Shown here piece after piece: positions 28,672-37,121 of a stretch of DNA of 64,000 bases. The DNA comes from an uncultured Gammaproteobacteria bacterium (GTDB lineage Bacteria > Patescibacteriota > Patescibacteriia > Magasanikbacterales > UBA922). The position numbers and the translations under genes are program-made. The stretch covers positions 45,687 to 109,686 of the forward strand of contig CAZQHU010000001.1 of assembly GCA_964592785.1 (NCBI GenBank), written 5' to 3'. Position 1 is the first letter of the stretch. Every line of letters starts with the position of its first letter. A model generated the notes under the pieces. It saw only the letters and a program-made list of their open reading frames with translations. It was not told the origin of the DNA and made no database searches.

Positions 28672-31600
28672 ATGTCAAAATACGATCATAAAAAAATTGA
28701 AAGTAAATGGCCCGCCTCCGCTAAAGCTACGGCGGGTAAACACTATGATCCGAAGGCTATTGAAAATAAATGGCAATTATTTTGGGAACGTGATAAAACT
28801 TTTGAAGTTACTGAGGATGAAACTAAAAAGAAATTTTATGTTTTGGATATGTTTCCTTATCCTTCTGGTGCTGGTCTTCATGTTGGTCATCCGAAGGGCT
28901 ATATTGCGACTGATGTTATGGCTCGCATGAAAATGATGCAGGGCTTCAATGTTCTTCATCCAATGGGTTGGGATGCTTTTGGACTTCCAGCAGAGAATTA
29001 TGCAATTGCGAATAAAGTTCATCCTTCGGTGGCGACAGCCAAAAATATTGAAACTTTCAAAAAGCAACTGGGTTTACTAGGTTTTACTTATGATTGGGAG
29101 AGGGAAGTGAATACTACTGATCCAAATTATTACAAATGGACCCAGTGGGCCTTTATTCAAATGTTTAAGCGTGGTTTGGCTTATGAATCTTTTGAACCGA
29201 TCAACTGGTGCCCCACTTGTCAGACTGGCCTTGCTAATGAAGATCTTGAAGATGGTAAGTGCGAACGTTGTGGCACTTTGGTCGAACGTAAGCCATTACG
29301 TCAATGGGTTTTGAAAATTACAGATTATGCTGAAAGATTATTAAATGATATTGATAAATTAGAACAATGGCCAGAACCGATCAAAGAAATGCAAAGAAAT
29401 TGGATTGGGAAGAGTGAAGGTGCAGAAATAAACTTTCGCGTCATGTTGAGCGAAGTCGCGTCGGACGCGACGAAGTCGAAACATCCCGTGGAACAAAGGG
29501 ATCCTTCCCCGCAAGGCGGGGCTCAGGATGACGATGTGGTGCTTACAGTTTTTACCACTCGTCCTGACACTCTTTTTGGGGTAACATATATGGTCGTTGC
29601 TCCTGAACATCCGTTGCTCGGGAATAATGAATTAGGAATTAAGAATTATGATGAAGTGTTGGGGTACATTGCCAAAGCAAAAAACAAATCAGACTTAGAA
29701 CGTACAGAATTACAGAAAGAAAAGACTGGAGTCGAGTTGAAGGGAGTGAAGGCAGTCAACCCAGTGAATGGCGAAGAGATCCCTATTTTTGTAGCGGATT
29801 ATGTTTTGATGAATTATGGCACTGGAGCCATCATGGCTGTGCCAGCACATGATGAGAGAGATTTTGAGTTTGCAAAGAAGTTTGGTTTGCTAATGAAAGA
29901 AGTAGTAGTTGAACAAGTAAATTCTCGTTTTAGTGATTCTGAGCCACGCAGAATAGCTATAGCCATTGTTGAAAATGATAAAGGGGAAATTCTTATACAA
30001 TCAGATACCCGTAATAATAAAACCACTTATTGTTTGCCAGGTGGGGGGGTAGATGAAGGAGAAGACATTAGAGAGGCATCTTTGAGGGAAATTAAAGAAG
30101 AGACGGGTTATATCGAATTTGAGAGTATAAAGAAAGTGGGAACTTTGGAAGCAAATTATTACAATCCTAGAAGAGAAATTAACCGACAAGCTTTAGCCAC
30201 CTGTTTTTCAATGAAATTAAAAAGTAATAAAAAGATAGAAGTTCAATTTTCTGAAACAGAAAAACAAGGGTTGATTAAACACTCTTGGTTGAGTAAGGAG
30301 GAAGCAATGAAAGTTTTATCAAGCGAAAATGCTTCTTCTGGTGAGGATCTTGCTTTATTTAAACGTTATTTGAAGAATAAAGATGAAGCCTTTTCAAATT
30401 TAGGTGTTGTTATCAATTCTGACTTCTTAAACGGCTTAGAAACAAGAGACGCCAAAGAAAAAATGATTCAATATTTAGAAGAAAAAAATATTGGTAAAAG
30501 AAAAGTGCAATACAAACTTCGTGATTGGGTATTTTCTCGTCAACGTTATTGGGGTGAACCAATTCCGCTTGTTCATTGTGAGAATTGTGAGAATAAAAAA
30601 TATAATTATATTTTTATTCATGGTTTTTCTTCAAGTTCTGAAAGAGGTTTTAAACCTTGGTTGAAAGAAGAATTAGAAAACAGAGGTCATAAGGTTTGGA
30701 ATCCTGATTTACCAAATACCAATAATCCTAGTGTTAATGAACAAGCTGAATTTATTTTGAAAAATTCACCATTTGCCATTGATGATAATTTAGTTTTGGT
30801 TGGACACAGTTTGGGTGGACCAGCGATTTACCGAATTTTAGAATCAATAAGCCACAAGATTGCTCGGGCTGTTTTGGTTGATCCGGTAGTTCGTCCACGA
30901 TTTAATGATCAAGATCGTCCAGAAGTGGTGGCTAGTTGTGATTGGAAGTTTAATTGGAAAAAAATAAAAAATAATTGTCAGCAATTTATTATTTTGGGTG
31001 ATATAAATAGACCAATTATAAAAAAGGAACATTTAATAGAGTTAGAAAAAAATCTATCAGCTGATTTATGGTGGGTGACTCCAAGAAATTATCATTTTAG
31101 CAGTCGTAATGGTGCAGTAGAAGATGAACCGACAATATTAAAAGCGGCCGTAGCTAATGGCTGGATTCCAGTTCCAGAAAAAGACTTGCCACTGGAACTT
31201 CCCAAAGTAGAAAACTATGAACCAAGTGGAACAGGGGAATCACCTTTGGCCAATATTGAAGAATGGGTGAATACCAAGTGTCCGGTGTGTGGTGGGCATG
31301 CTAAACGAGAAACAAACACTATGCCGCAGTGGGCGGGAAGCTGTTGGTATTACCTACGCTATTGTGATCCGAAGAATAAAAAAGAATTAATTAATAAAGA
31401 AAAAGAAAAATATTGGAATCCAGTGGATCTTTATGTTGGTGGAGCAGAACATGCTACTCGTCACCTCATCTATGCTAGATTTTGGCATAAGTTTCTTTAT
31501 GATATTGGCGTAGTTTCTCATGAGGAGCCATTTATCAGATTACAAAATGTGGGTTTGATTTTGGCCGAAGATGGTCGCAAGATGAGTAAGCGCTGGAATA

Positions 31601-32250
31601 ATGTAATTAATCCTGATGATGTTGTTGCAGAATATGGTGCGGATGCCATGCGACTTTATGAAATGTTTATGGGTCCATTTGATCAGCCAGTAGCTTGGAG
31701 TACTCAGGGAGTGGTAGGGATGAGAAGGTTTTTGGAGAAGGTATGGGCACTCAAGTCAAAAGTTCATAAAGTCGAAAAGTCTGTAAAGTCTAATATTGAT
31801 ACCTTATTACATCAAACTATCAAAAAGGTATCTGAAGATATTGAAGCCATGCGATATAATACAGCCATCTCTCAAATGATGATATTGGTAAACGAAATGA
31901 TCAAAGAAGAAAAATTATTCCTTACTCATTATTCTTTATTCCTTCAATTATTGTCACCGTTCGCTCCACATATAGCCGAAGAATTATGGAGTGAATTGGG
32001 AAATAAAGAATCAATCTTCAAATTTGATTGGCCAAAATATGATCCAGCTTTGATTCAAGACGAAAAGATTACTATTGCCGTACAAGTAAATGGTAAATTG
32101 CGTGATACTTTTGATATTCCAGTTGATATGTCTGAAGAAGAAATTAAAAAATTAACTCTGTCATCTGAAAAAGTTCAAAAATGGCTAGAGGGTAAAGAGC
32201 CAAAGAAAGTTATTTATGTGAAAGGTAGGCTAGTGAGTGTGGTGGTGTGA
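28672..32250 (+). CDS. leuS: Leucyl-tRNA synthetase with an inserted NUDIX domain (about 29944-30390), an inserted alpha/beta serine-hydrolase domain (about 30598-31160), and several in-frame short-repeat insertions. The ORF track start at 28660 is an alternative
   Basis: HVGHPKGY (HIGH), CP1 editing domain TTRPDT, KMSKR; Nudix box GGGVDEGEDIREASLREIKEETG; hydrolase IFIHGF...GHSLGG; both insertions are flanked by LeuRS segments conserved in other bacteria (RDWVFSRQRYWGEPIPLVHC, IPVPEKDLP). Confidence 0.9.
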   Translation: MSKYDHKKIESKWPASAKATAGKHYDPKAIENKWQLFWERDKTFEVTEDETKKKFYVLDMFPYPSGAGLHVGHPKGYIATDVMARMKMMQGFNVLHPMGWDAFGLPAENYAIANKVHPSVATAKNIETFKKQLGLLGFTYDWEREVNTTDPNYYKWTQWAFIQMFKRGLAYESFEPINWCPTCQTGLANEDLEDGKCERCGTLVERKPLRQWVLKITDYAERLLNDIDKLEQWPEPIKEMQRNWIGKSEGAEINFRVMLSEVASDATKSKHPVEQRDPSPQGGAQDDDVVLTVFTTRPDTLFGVTYMVVAPEHPLLGNNELGIKNYDEVLGYIAKAKNKSDLERTELQKEKTGVELKGVKAVNPVNGEEIPIFVADYVLMNYGTGAIMAVPAHDERDFEFAKKFGLLMKEVVVEQVNSRFSDSEPRRIAIAIVENDKGEILIQSDTRNNKTTYCLPGGGVDEGEDIREASLREIKEETGYIEFESIKKVGTLEANYYNPRREINRQALATCFSMKLKSNKKIEVQFSETEKQGLIKHSWLSKEEAMKVLSSENASSGEDLALFKRYLKNKDEAFSNLGVVINSDFLNGLETRDAKEKMIQYLEEKNIGKRKVQYKLRDWVFSRQRYWGEPIPLVHCENCENKKYNYIFIHGFSSSSERGFKPWLKEELENRGHKVWNPDLPNTNNPSVNEQAEFILKNSPFAIDDNLVLVGHSLGGPAIYRILESISHKIARAVLVDPVVRPRFNDQDRPEVVASCDWKFNWKKIKNNCQQFIILGDINRPIIKKEHLIELEKNLSADLWWVTPRNYHFSSRNGAVEDEPTILKAAVANGWIPVPEKDLPLELPKVENYEPSGTGESPLANIEEWVNTKCPVCGGHAKRETNTMPQWAGSCWYYLRYCDPKNKKELINKEKEKYWNPVDLYVGGAEHATRHLIYARFWHKFLYDIGVVSHEEPFIRLQNVGLILAEDGRKMSKRWNNVINPDDVVAEYGADAMRLYEMFMGPFDQPVAWSTQGVVGMRRFLEKVWALKSKVHKVEKSVKSNIDTLLHQTIKKVSEDIEAMRYNTAISQMMILVNEMIKEEKLFLTHYSLFLQLLSPFAPHIAEELWSELGNKESIFKFDWPKYDPALIQDEKITIAVQVNGKLRDTFDIPVDMSEEEIKKLTLSSEKVQKWLEGKEPKKVIYVKGRLVSVVV

Positions 32251-32255
32251 TGAAT

Positions 32256-32714
32256 GGAACACGGATTTAACGGATTAAACGGATTTTAACGAATTATAAA
32301 TTATGCTTCAGGAGGAAATAAGTAGTAAAGTATTACGAGCATACTATAATGTTTATAATACCTTGGGTTATGGTTTTTTGGAGAAAGTTTATGAAAATGC
32401 CATGGTAATTGAATTACGAAAATTGGGTTTACATGGTAGAAGACAAGTACCAATCAAAGTTTATTATGATGATTTACAGGTTGGGGATTATTATGCTGAT
32501 ATTATTATTGAAGATAAAATAATAGTAGAATTAAAAGCAGCCGAAGCTCTGTGTGAAGAACATGAAGCTCAATTGATAAATTATCTTAGAGCTACTTCTA
32601 TTGAAGTTGGCTTTTTATTAAATTTTGGTAAGAAACCAGAATTTAAAAGGAAAATATTTGAAAATAAATATAAGAAATCCGTTCCGATTTGTTAAATTTG
32701 TTCAATCCGTGTTC
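32256..32714. mobile_element. Cassette flanked by an 11-bp perfect terminal inverted repeat (GAACACGGATT / AATCCGTGTTC) carrying a GxxExxY gene
   Basis: Left arm GGAACACGGATTTAACGGATTAAACGGATT, right arm AATCCGTTCCGATTTGTTAAATTTGTTCAATCCGTGTTC; inserted between leuS and comEC. Confidence 0.55.
32303..32695 (+). CDS. GxxExxY protein (TIGR04256, PD-(D/E)XK-like)
   Basis: GYGFLEKVYENAM...LNFGKKPEFKR hallmark motifs. Confidence 0.7.
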   Translation: MLQEEISSKVLRAYYNVYNTLGYGFLEKVYENAMVIELRKLGLHGRRQVPIKVYYDDLQVGDYYADIIIEDKIIVELKAAEALCEEHEAQLINYLRATSIEVGFLLNFGKKPEFKRKIFENKYKKSVPIC

Positions 32715-32722
32715 TATTATTT

Positions 32723-34216
32723 ATGATAGAAAAAATTATCAATTCAAAAAGCAAGACGTTTTTGGCGCTTTGCTTTTGTTTTTTATTAGGAGTTTTGTTT
32801 ATTTCTATTTTTGATTGGCGCTTTGCTTTTGTCTATTTATATTCATTATTATTCATCATCATATCATTTATTATTTATTTTTGGTCTAATAAAAAATTAT
32901 TATTTTTATTTTTTTGTTTTCTGATTTTTTTGCTGGGCGTGGTCCGTTATCAATTGTCTTTTTGGGGGCAGGAAATTTCAACCGGTATAAAAGAATTTAC
33001 AGCTTATATTTCGTCTGAACCAGATGTGCGGACAGATGGGGTGCGCTATATTGTCAAGTCAGATTTTGGTAAAGTTTATTTAAAAGAGCCATTATACCCA
33101 CGCTATAGTTATGGTGATGAACTTGAAATAAAATGTGATTTACAAAAACCAGAAGTTGGTTCAGACGGTTTTCGCTATGATATGTATTTGGCGCGCTATG
33201 GAGTTTTTACAGTTTGCAATAAGACCACAATAGAAAAAATTGGCACAAACAAAGAAAATTTTTTATTGAGAGGGATTTTTAATTTTAAAAATACCATTGC
33301 CAATAGAATAAATAAACTTTGGCATGAACCGTATGCTAGCTTTATGGCCGGGCTACTCTATGGTTATCGCGGGGGACTGGGGAGTTTGAATGAATTATTT
33401 AGTCGAACAGGTGTCACGCATATTATTGCCATTTCTGGTTATAATATTACCATCATAGTAACAATACTCATGACGATTTTTGTTAATTTTTATATTCCAC
33501 GTAAGAAAGCTTTTTGGATGATTGTTGCAGGAGTTATTTTATTTGTAATTTTTACTGGAGCATCAGCCTCGGTCGTGCGAGCGGGCATCATGGGAATAAT
33601 AGTACTTTTAGCCAAACAAATGGGGAGATTGTCTCGAGTAGGGAATGTCCTAGTCTTAACTGCCGTAATAATGGCTTTACAAAATCCTTTGATTTTACTT
33701 TGGGATGCTGGTTTTCAATTGTCTTTTATTTCTACTCTAGGTTTGGTTTATTTGTCACCACTTATTAATTCTCTCATCCCCGTGAAAGCAGGAATCTTGG
33801 CTATAAAAAATAAGATCCCCGCCTTCGCGGGGATGATAGAGGTTTTACAAGAATCGGTTGTTTCCACTTTTTCGGCGATCATTGCTACTTTGCCATTGAT
33901 TCTATTTCAATTTGGCCGACTGTCTATAGTCGCGCCTGTGGTTAATATGCTTATTCTTTGGTTGATTCCTTTTTTGATGTTAAGTGGTTTTTTGGCATTA
34001 TTATTTAGTTTTTTATTTTTTCCTTTGGGTCAAGTGGTCGCCTGGTTGAGCTGGGTAGGACTCAAATACATTACGACAATAGTTGAGTGGTTTGCCAGCT
34101 TAAAATTTGCTGCTATTGATCTACAAATAACTTGGTGGATGATGGCAGTCTTGTATGGAGTTATGATATACTTTATCACACGTCATCCCCGCGAAGGCGG
34201 GGATCTCGTTAGGTAA
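32723..34216 (+). CDS. comEC: ComEC/Rec2 DNA-internalisation competence protein (DUF4131 plus competence domain), with in-frame family-5 repeat insertions at 33784-33847 and 34181-34205
   Basis: Polytopic; MAGLLYGYRGGL...THIIAISGYNITI competence-domain motifs. Confidence 0.8.
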   Translation: MIEKIINSKSKTFLALCFCFLLGVLFISIFDWRFAFVYLYSLLFIIISFIIYFWSNKKLLFLFFCFLIFLLGVVRYQLSFWGQEISTGIKEFTAYISSEPDVRTDGVRYIVKSDFGKVYLKEPLYPRYSYGDELEIKCDLQKPEVGSDGFRYDMYLARYGVFTVCNKTTIEKIGTNKENFLLRGIFNFKNTIANRINKLWHEPYASFMAGLLYGYRGGLGSLNELFSRTGVTHIIAISGYNITIIVTILMTIFVNFYIPRKKAFWMIVAGVILFVIFTGASASVVRAGIMGIIVLLAKQMGRLSRVGNVLVLTAVIMALQNPLILLWDAGFQLSFISTLGLVYLSPLINSLIPVKAGILAIKNKIPAFAGMIEVLQESVVSTFSAIIATLPLILFQFGRLSIVAPVVNMLILWLIPFLMLSGFLALLFSFLFFPLGQVVAWLSWVGLKYITTIVEWFASLKFAAIDLQITWWMMAVLYGVMIYFITRHPREGGDLVR

Positions 34217-34245
34217 TAAGATTCCTGCTTTCGCAGGAATGACAT
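34181..34245. repeat. Family-5 inverted repeat pair spanning the comEC stop codon
   Basis: CGTCATCCCCGCGAAGGCGGGGATC...ATTCCTGCTTTCGCAGGAATGAC. Confidence 0.65.
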
Positions 34246-34254
34246 TTATTAAAT

Positions 34255-34890
34255 ATGATAAAAGTCAAAGTTTTAAATTCAAAAAATGGCTATGATTTAT
34301 TGGCCGATTATTATACAAAGAAAGAAAAATACTGGGATAGTTTTGAAAAAGATCAAGTATTAACTTTGCTTGGTGATGTAAAAGCTAAGAAAATTCTAGA
34401 TGTAGGTGCAGGTAATGGACGTCTAGGTCTACGTTTGGCTAAATTAGGTGCAGAAGTGACAGCGCTTGATGTTTCCGAAGAGATGTTGAATAAAATAAAA
34501 ATTAAAAATTTAAAATTAAAAATTAATACTGTGATTGGCGAGGCCGAGGATTTGCCTTTTGAAGACGAAAGTTTTGATATTGTGATTGCTACTTTTTTAA
34601 TTGTGCATTTGAAAAGTTTAACTAGATTTTTTGATGAAGTTTACCGTGTACTTAAACCAGCCCTTCGGCAAGGCTCAGGGCAAGGTGGAAAGTTTTTAGT
34701 AACCAATATCAATCAGCGCAAAGCGCCAGAAATTAAAATTGGTAAAGATGTGGTAGAAGTGGAATCATATTATCACCGACCAGAGAGTGTGGTAGAAGAG
34801 TTGGAGAATTTAGCTTTTTCTGTGGAAGAAAATAAGTTTGTCAAAGAAAAAGAAGTGTGGGTGAATCAGATTGTTTTGGCTAGAAAGTAG
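34255..34890 (+). CDS. Class I SAM-dependent methyltransferase (UbiE/COQ5-like)
   Basis: ILDVGAGNGRLGLRLA motif I, DVSEEML, acidic post-II. Confidence 0.65.
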   Translation: MIKVKVLNSKNGYDLLADYYTKKEKYWDSFEKDQVLTLLGDVKAKKILDVGAGNGRLGLRLAKLGAEVTALDVSEEMLNKIKIKNLKLKINTVIGEAEDLPFEDESFDIVIATFLIVHLKSLTRFFDEVYRVLKPALRQGSGQGGKFLVTNINQRKAPEIKIGKDVVEVESYYHRPESVVEELENLAFSVEENKFVKEKEVWVNQIVLARK

Positions 34891-34894
34891 TGTT

Positions 34895-34995
34895 CGTCAT
34901 TCTGAGCGAAATGAGCGTTAGCGAATGTAGCCGAAGAATCTCGTCTAGAAAGGGATCTTTCGACTTCGTTCACTCCGTTCACTTCGCTCAAAATG
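34895..34995. repeat. Two inverted family-1 repeats (GTCATTCTGAGCGAA...TTCGCTCAAAATGAT) in an intergenic spacer
   Basis: Read directly; same unit as the in-frame intragenic copies. Confidence 0.65.
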
Positions 34996-35004
34996 ATGAG
35001 TATG

Positions 35005-35907
35005 AAAAAATTTATTTTCATAATTTTTATTTTACTTTTGATAGTGCTTGGTTTATTGTGGAAAATAAAAAGTGAGTCGTCACCCAATCTAGCTGTAGAG
35101 ACGATAGCAGAAGAAACAGAAAAAAATTTAAAAATTACTTTCCTAGACATTGGACAAGGGGATGCTAGTTTTATTGAATTTATTGATGGCCAGCAAATGC
35201 TCATTGATTGTGGGATTGATGCTAGAATCTTGGAAGCTCTAGGCAGGGTAATGCCTTATTATGACAGAGTAATAGATTATTTAGTTGTCACTCATCCGGA
35301 CAATGATCACTACGGTGGCTGTATAGATGTTTTGGATAGATTTGAAGTGAAAAATATTATTTATAATGGCCTAGAAAAATCTGCTGATAAATTTTGGCAA
35401 GAATTTTGGCAGAGAATAGAAAATGAAAATGCCAATTATTTTAAGATTGAAAAATTAGATGTTTGGGAAGTTGCAAGTACAACTATGACTTTTTATTATC
35501 CCAATCATGATTTGGCAGAAAATTTAAACATTCCTGGGAGTGATAAAAAAGCCAGTGATAATAATACTTCTATAATTTTTGAATTAAATTATCTGGGCCA
35601 TGAAATTTTGTTTACTGGTGATATGGAAGAGACTTTGGAAAAATATTTATTAAGTGTTTTTGCCGAGAAACTTGATAGTGATATTTTGAAAGTCGGGCAT
35701 CATGGCAGTGCCACAGCTTCAAGTCAGGAATTTTTGAAAATAGTCTCTCCCAAGTATGCTGTAATTTCTACAGATAAAAATAATAAATTTGGTCATCCTT
35801 CACTTCGGATTTTGAAACGATTGGAACGTTCTGAAACAGAGATTTTACGAACAGATTTGCAGGGTGATATTGTCTGTGAAATTGGGGAGCAAATAAGTTG
35901 CCAATAG
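35005..35907 (+). CDS. Metallo-beta-lactamase-fold protein, ComEC C-terminal-domain-like, encoded separately (ORF track start 34993)
   Basis: FLDIGQGDA...VVTHPDNDHYGG...VGHHGS motifs. Confidence 0.7.
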   Translation, partial: KKFIFIIFILLLIVLGLLWKIKSESSPNLAVETIAEETEKNLKITFLDIGQGDASFIEFIDGQQMLIDCGIDARILEALGRVMPYYDRVIDYLVVTHPDNDHYGGCIDVLDRFEVKNIIYNGLEKSADKFWQEFWQRIENENANYFKIEKLDVWEVASTTMTFYYPNHDLAENLNIPGSDKKASDNNTSIIFELNYLGHEILFTGDMEETLEKYLLSVFAEKLDSDILKVGHHGSATASSQEFLKIVSPKYAVISTDKNNKFGHPSLRILKRLERSETEILRTDLQGDIVCEIGEQISCQ

Positions 35908-35934
35908 TATAATTTTTTGCTAATATAAACTTAT

Positions 35935-36273
35935 ATGAAATTAATACTACGTTGGGTTATCAATGCCGGAGTGTTATTGCTCCTAGCTAATTATTTACCA
36001 GGAATAACAGTCTCTGGTTGGTATACGGCGCTTATCACTGCCCTAGTTTTGGGTTTGGTAAATGCTCTTATCAAGCCTTTATTGATTATTCTTACTTTGC
36101 CGATCAATATTTTGACTCTGGGCCTGTTTACTTTGGTTATCAATGCTTTATTGTTTTGGTTTGTAGGGACTTTTATTCAAGGTTTTTCAGTGGCTGGTTT
36201 TTGGCCAGCCTTTTGGGGTGCTTTGATTTTGAGTTTAGTAAGCTGGTTTGTTAGTAGTTTACTTAAAAAATAA
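35935..36273 (+). CDS. DUF360 / phage-holin-4-like small membrane protein
   Basis: Four hydrophobic helices; VNALIKPLLIILTLP and GFWPAFWGALILS signature. Confidence 0.55.
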   Translation: MKLILRWVINAGVLLLLANYLPGITVSGWYTALITALVLGLVNALIKPLLIILTLPINILTLGLFTLVINALLFWFVGTFIQGFSVAGFWPAFWGALILSLVSWFVSSLLKK

Positions 36274-36274
36274 T

Positions 36275-36973
36275 ATGTCCAATTATAAAATTATTTCTGT
36301 CGGTGGCTCAATTATTATTCCCAAAACTGGGTTTGATATTAAATTTCTCAAAGCTTTTAGAAAATTGATTTTGGATCGGGTAAAAAAAGGTGATAAATTT
36401 ATTCTAGTTATTGGTGGCGGAGCGACTTGTCGATATTATCAAGAGGCTTTGAAAAAAGTAAATAAAGTTAGTGATACAGATTTGGATTGGCTAGGGATCG
36501 CTTCTACACATTTTAATGCGGAGTTAGTGAGATTAATGTTTAGTGGTTATTCCTATCCCGAGGTAATTAAAAATCCTACCAAGAAATTAGAAATTAAGAA
36601 ACTAAGAAACTGGCCAATTATTATCGCTGGTGGCTGGAAACCTGGCTGTTCTACAGATAAGGATGCTGTGCTATTGGCAGAGAATTTTGGTGCCAAAGAA
36701 ATGTTGAATTTATCAAATATAGAATATGTTTATGATAAAGATCCTAATAAATTTAAAAATGCTAAGAAAATAGAAAATATAACTTGGAAAGACTTCCGTA
36801 AAAATATTGTTGGTTATAAATGGGTGCCGGGTAAAAATGTGCCTTTTGATCCAATGGCTGCTGGCTTGGCCGAGAAGTTGAAATTGAAAGTAGAAATATT
36901 ACGAGGAACAGATTTGGTAGAGGTGAAGAATGCTTTGGTGGGAAAGAAATTTAGAGGAACGGTAGTTGAATAG
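36275..36973 (+). CDS. pyrH: Amino-acid-kinase-fold protein, archaeal-type UMP kinase-like
   Basis: IISVGGS...VIGGGATCRYY...PGCSTDKDAVLLAE. Confidence 0.6.
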   Translation: MSNYKIISVGGSIIIPKTGFDIKFLKAFRKLILDRVKKGDKFILVIGGGATCRYYQEALKKVNKVSDTDLDWLGIASTHFNAELVRLMFSGYSYPEVIKNPTKKLEIKKLRNWPIIIAGGWKPGCSTDKDAVLLAENFGAKEMLNLSNIEYVYDKDPNKFKNAKKIENITWKDFRKNIVGYKWVPGKNVPFDPMAAGLAEKLKLKVEILRGTDLVEVKNALVGKKFRGTVVE

Positions 36974-36984
36974 TGTGATATTTG

Positions 36985-37080
36985 TCATGCTGAACTTGTT
37001 TCAGCATCTTTTCCAAATTTTATTCAGCGTAGCAAGTATGATTTTATAAAAGACCCTGAAACAAGTTCAGGGTGACAAAC
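36985..37080. repeat. Second copy of the twin-hairpin element (see 21215-21310), followed by a terminator
   Basis: GTCATGCTGAACTTGTTTCAGCATCTT...GACCCTGAAACAAGTTCAGGGTGA. Confidence 0.65.
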
Positions 37081-37121
37081 CGCCTTGCCAAAGGCGGTTT
37101 TTTTGTTTATATTAAGATAAT

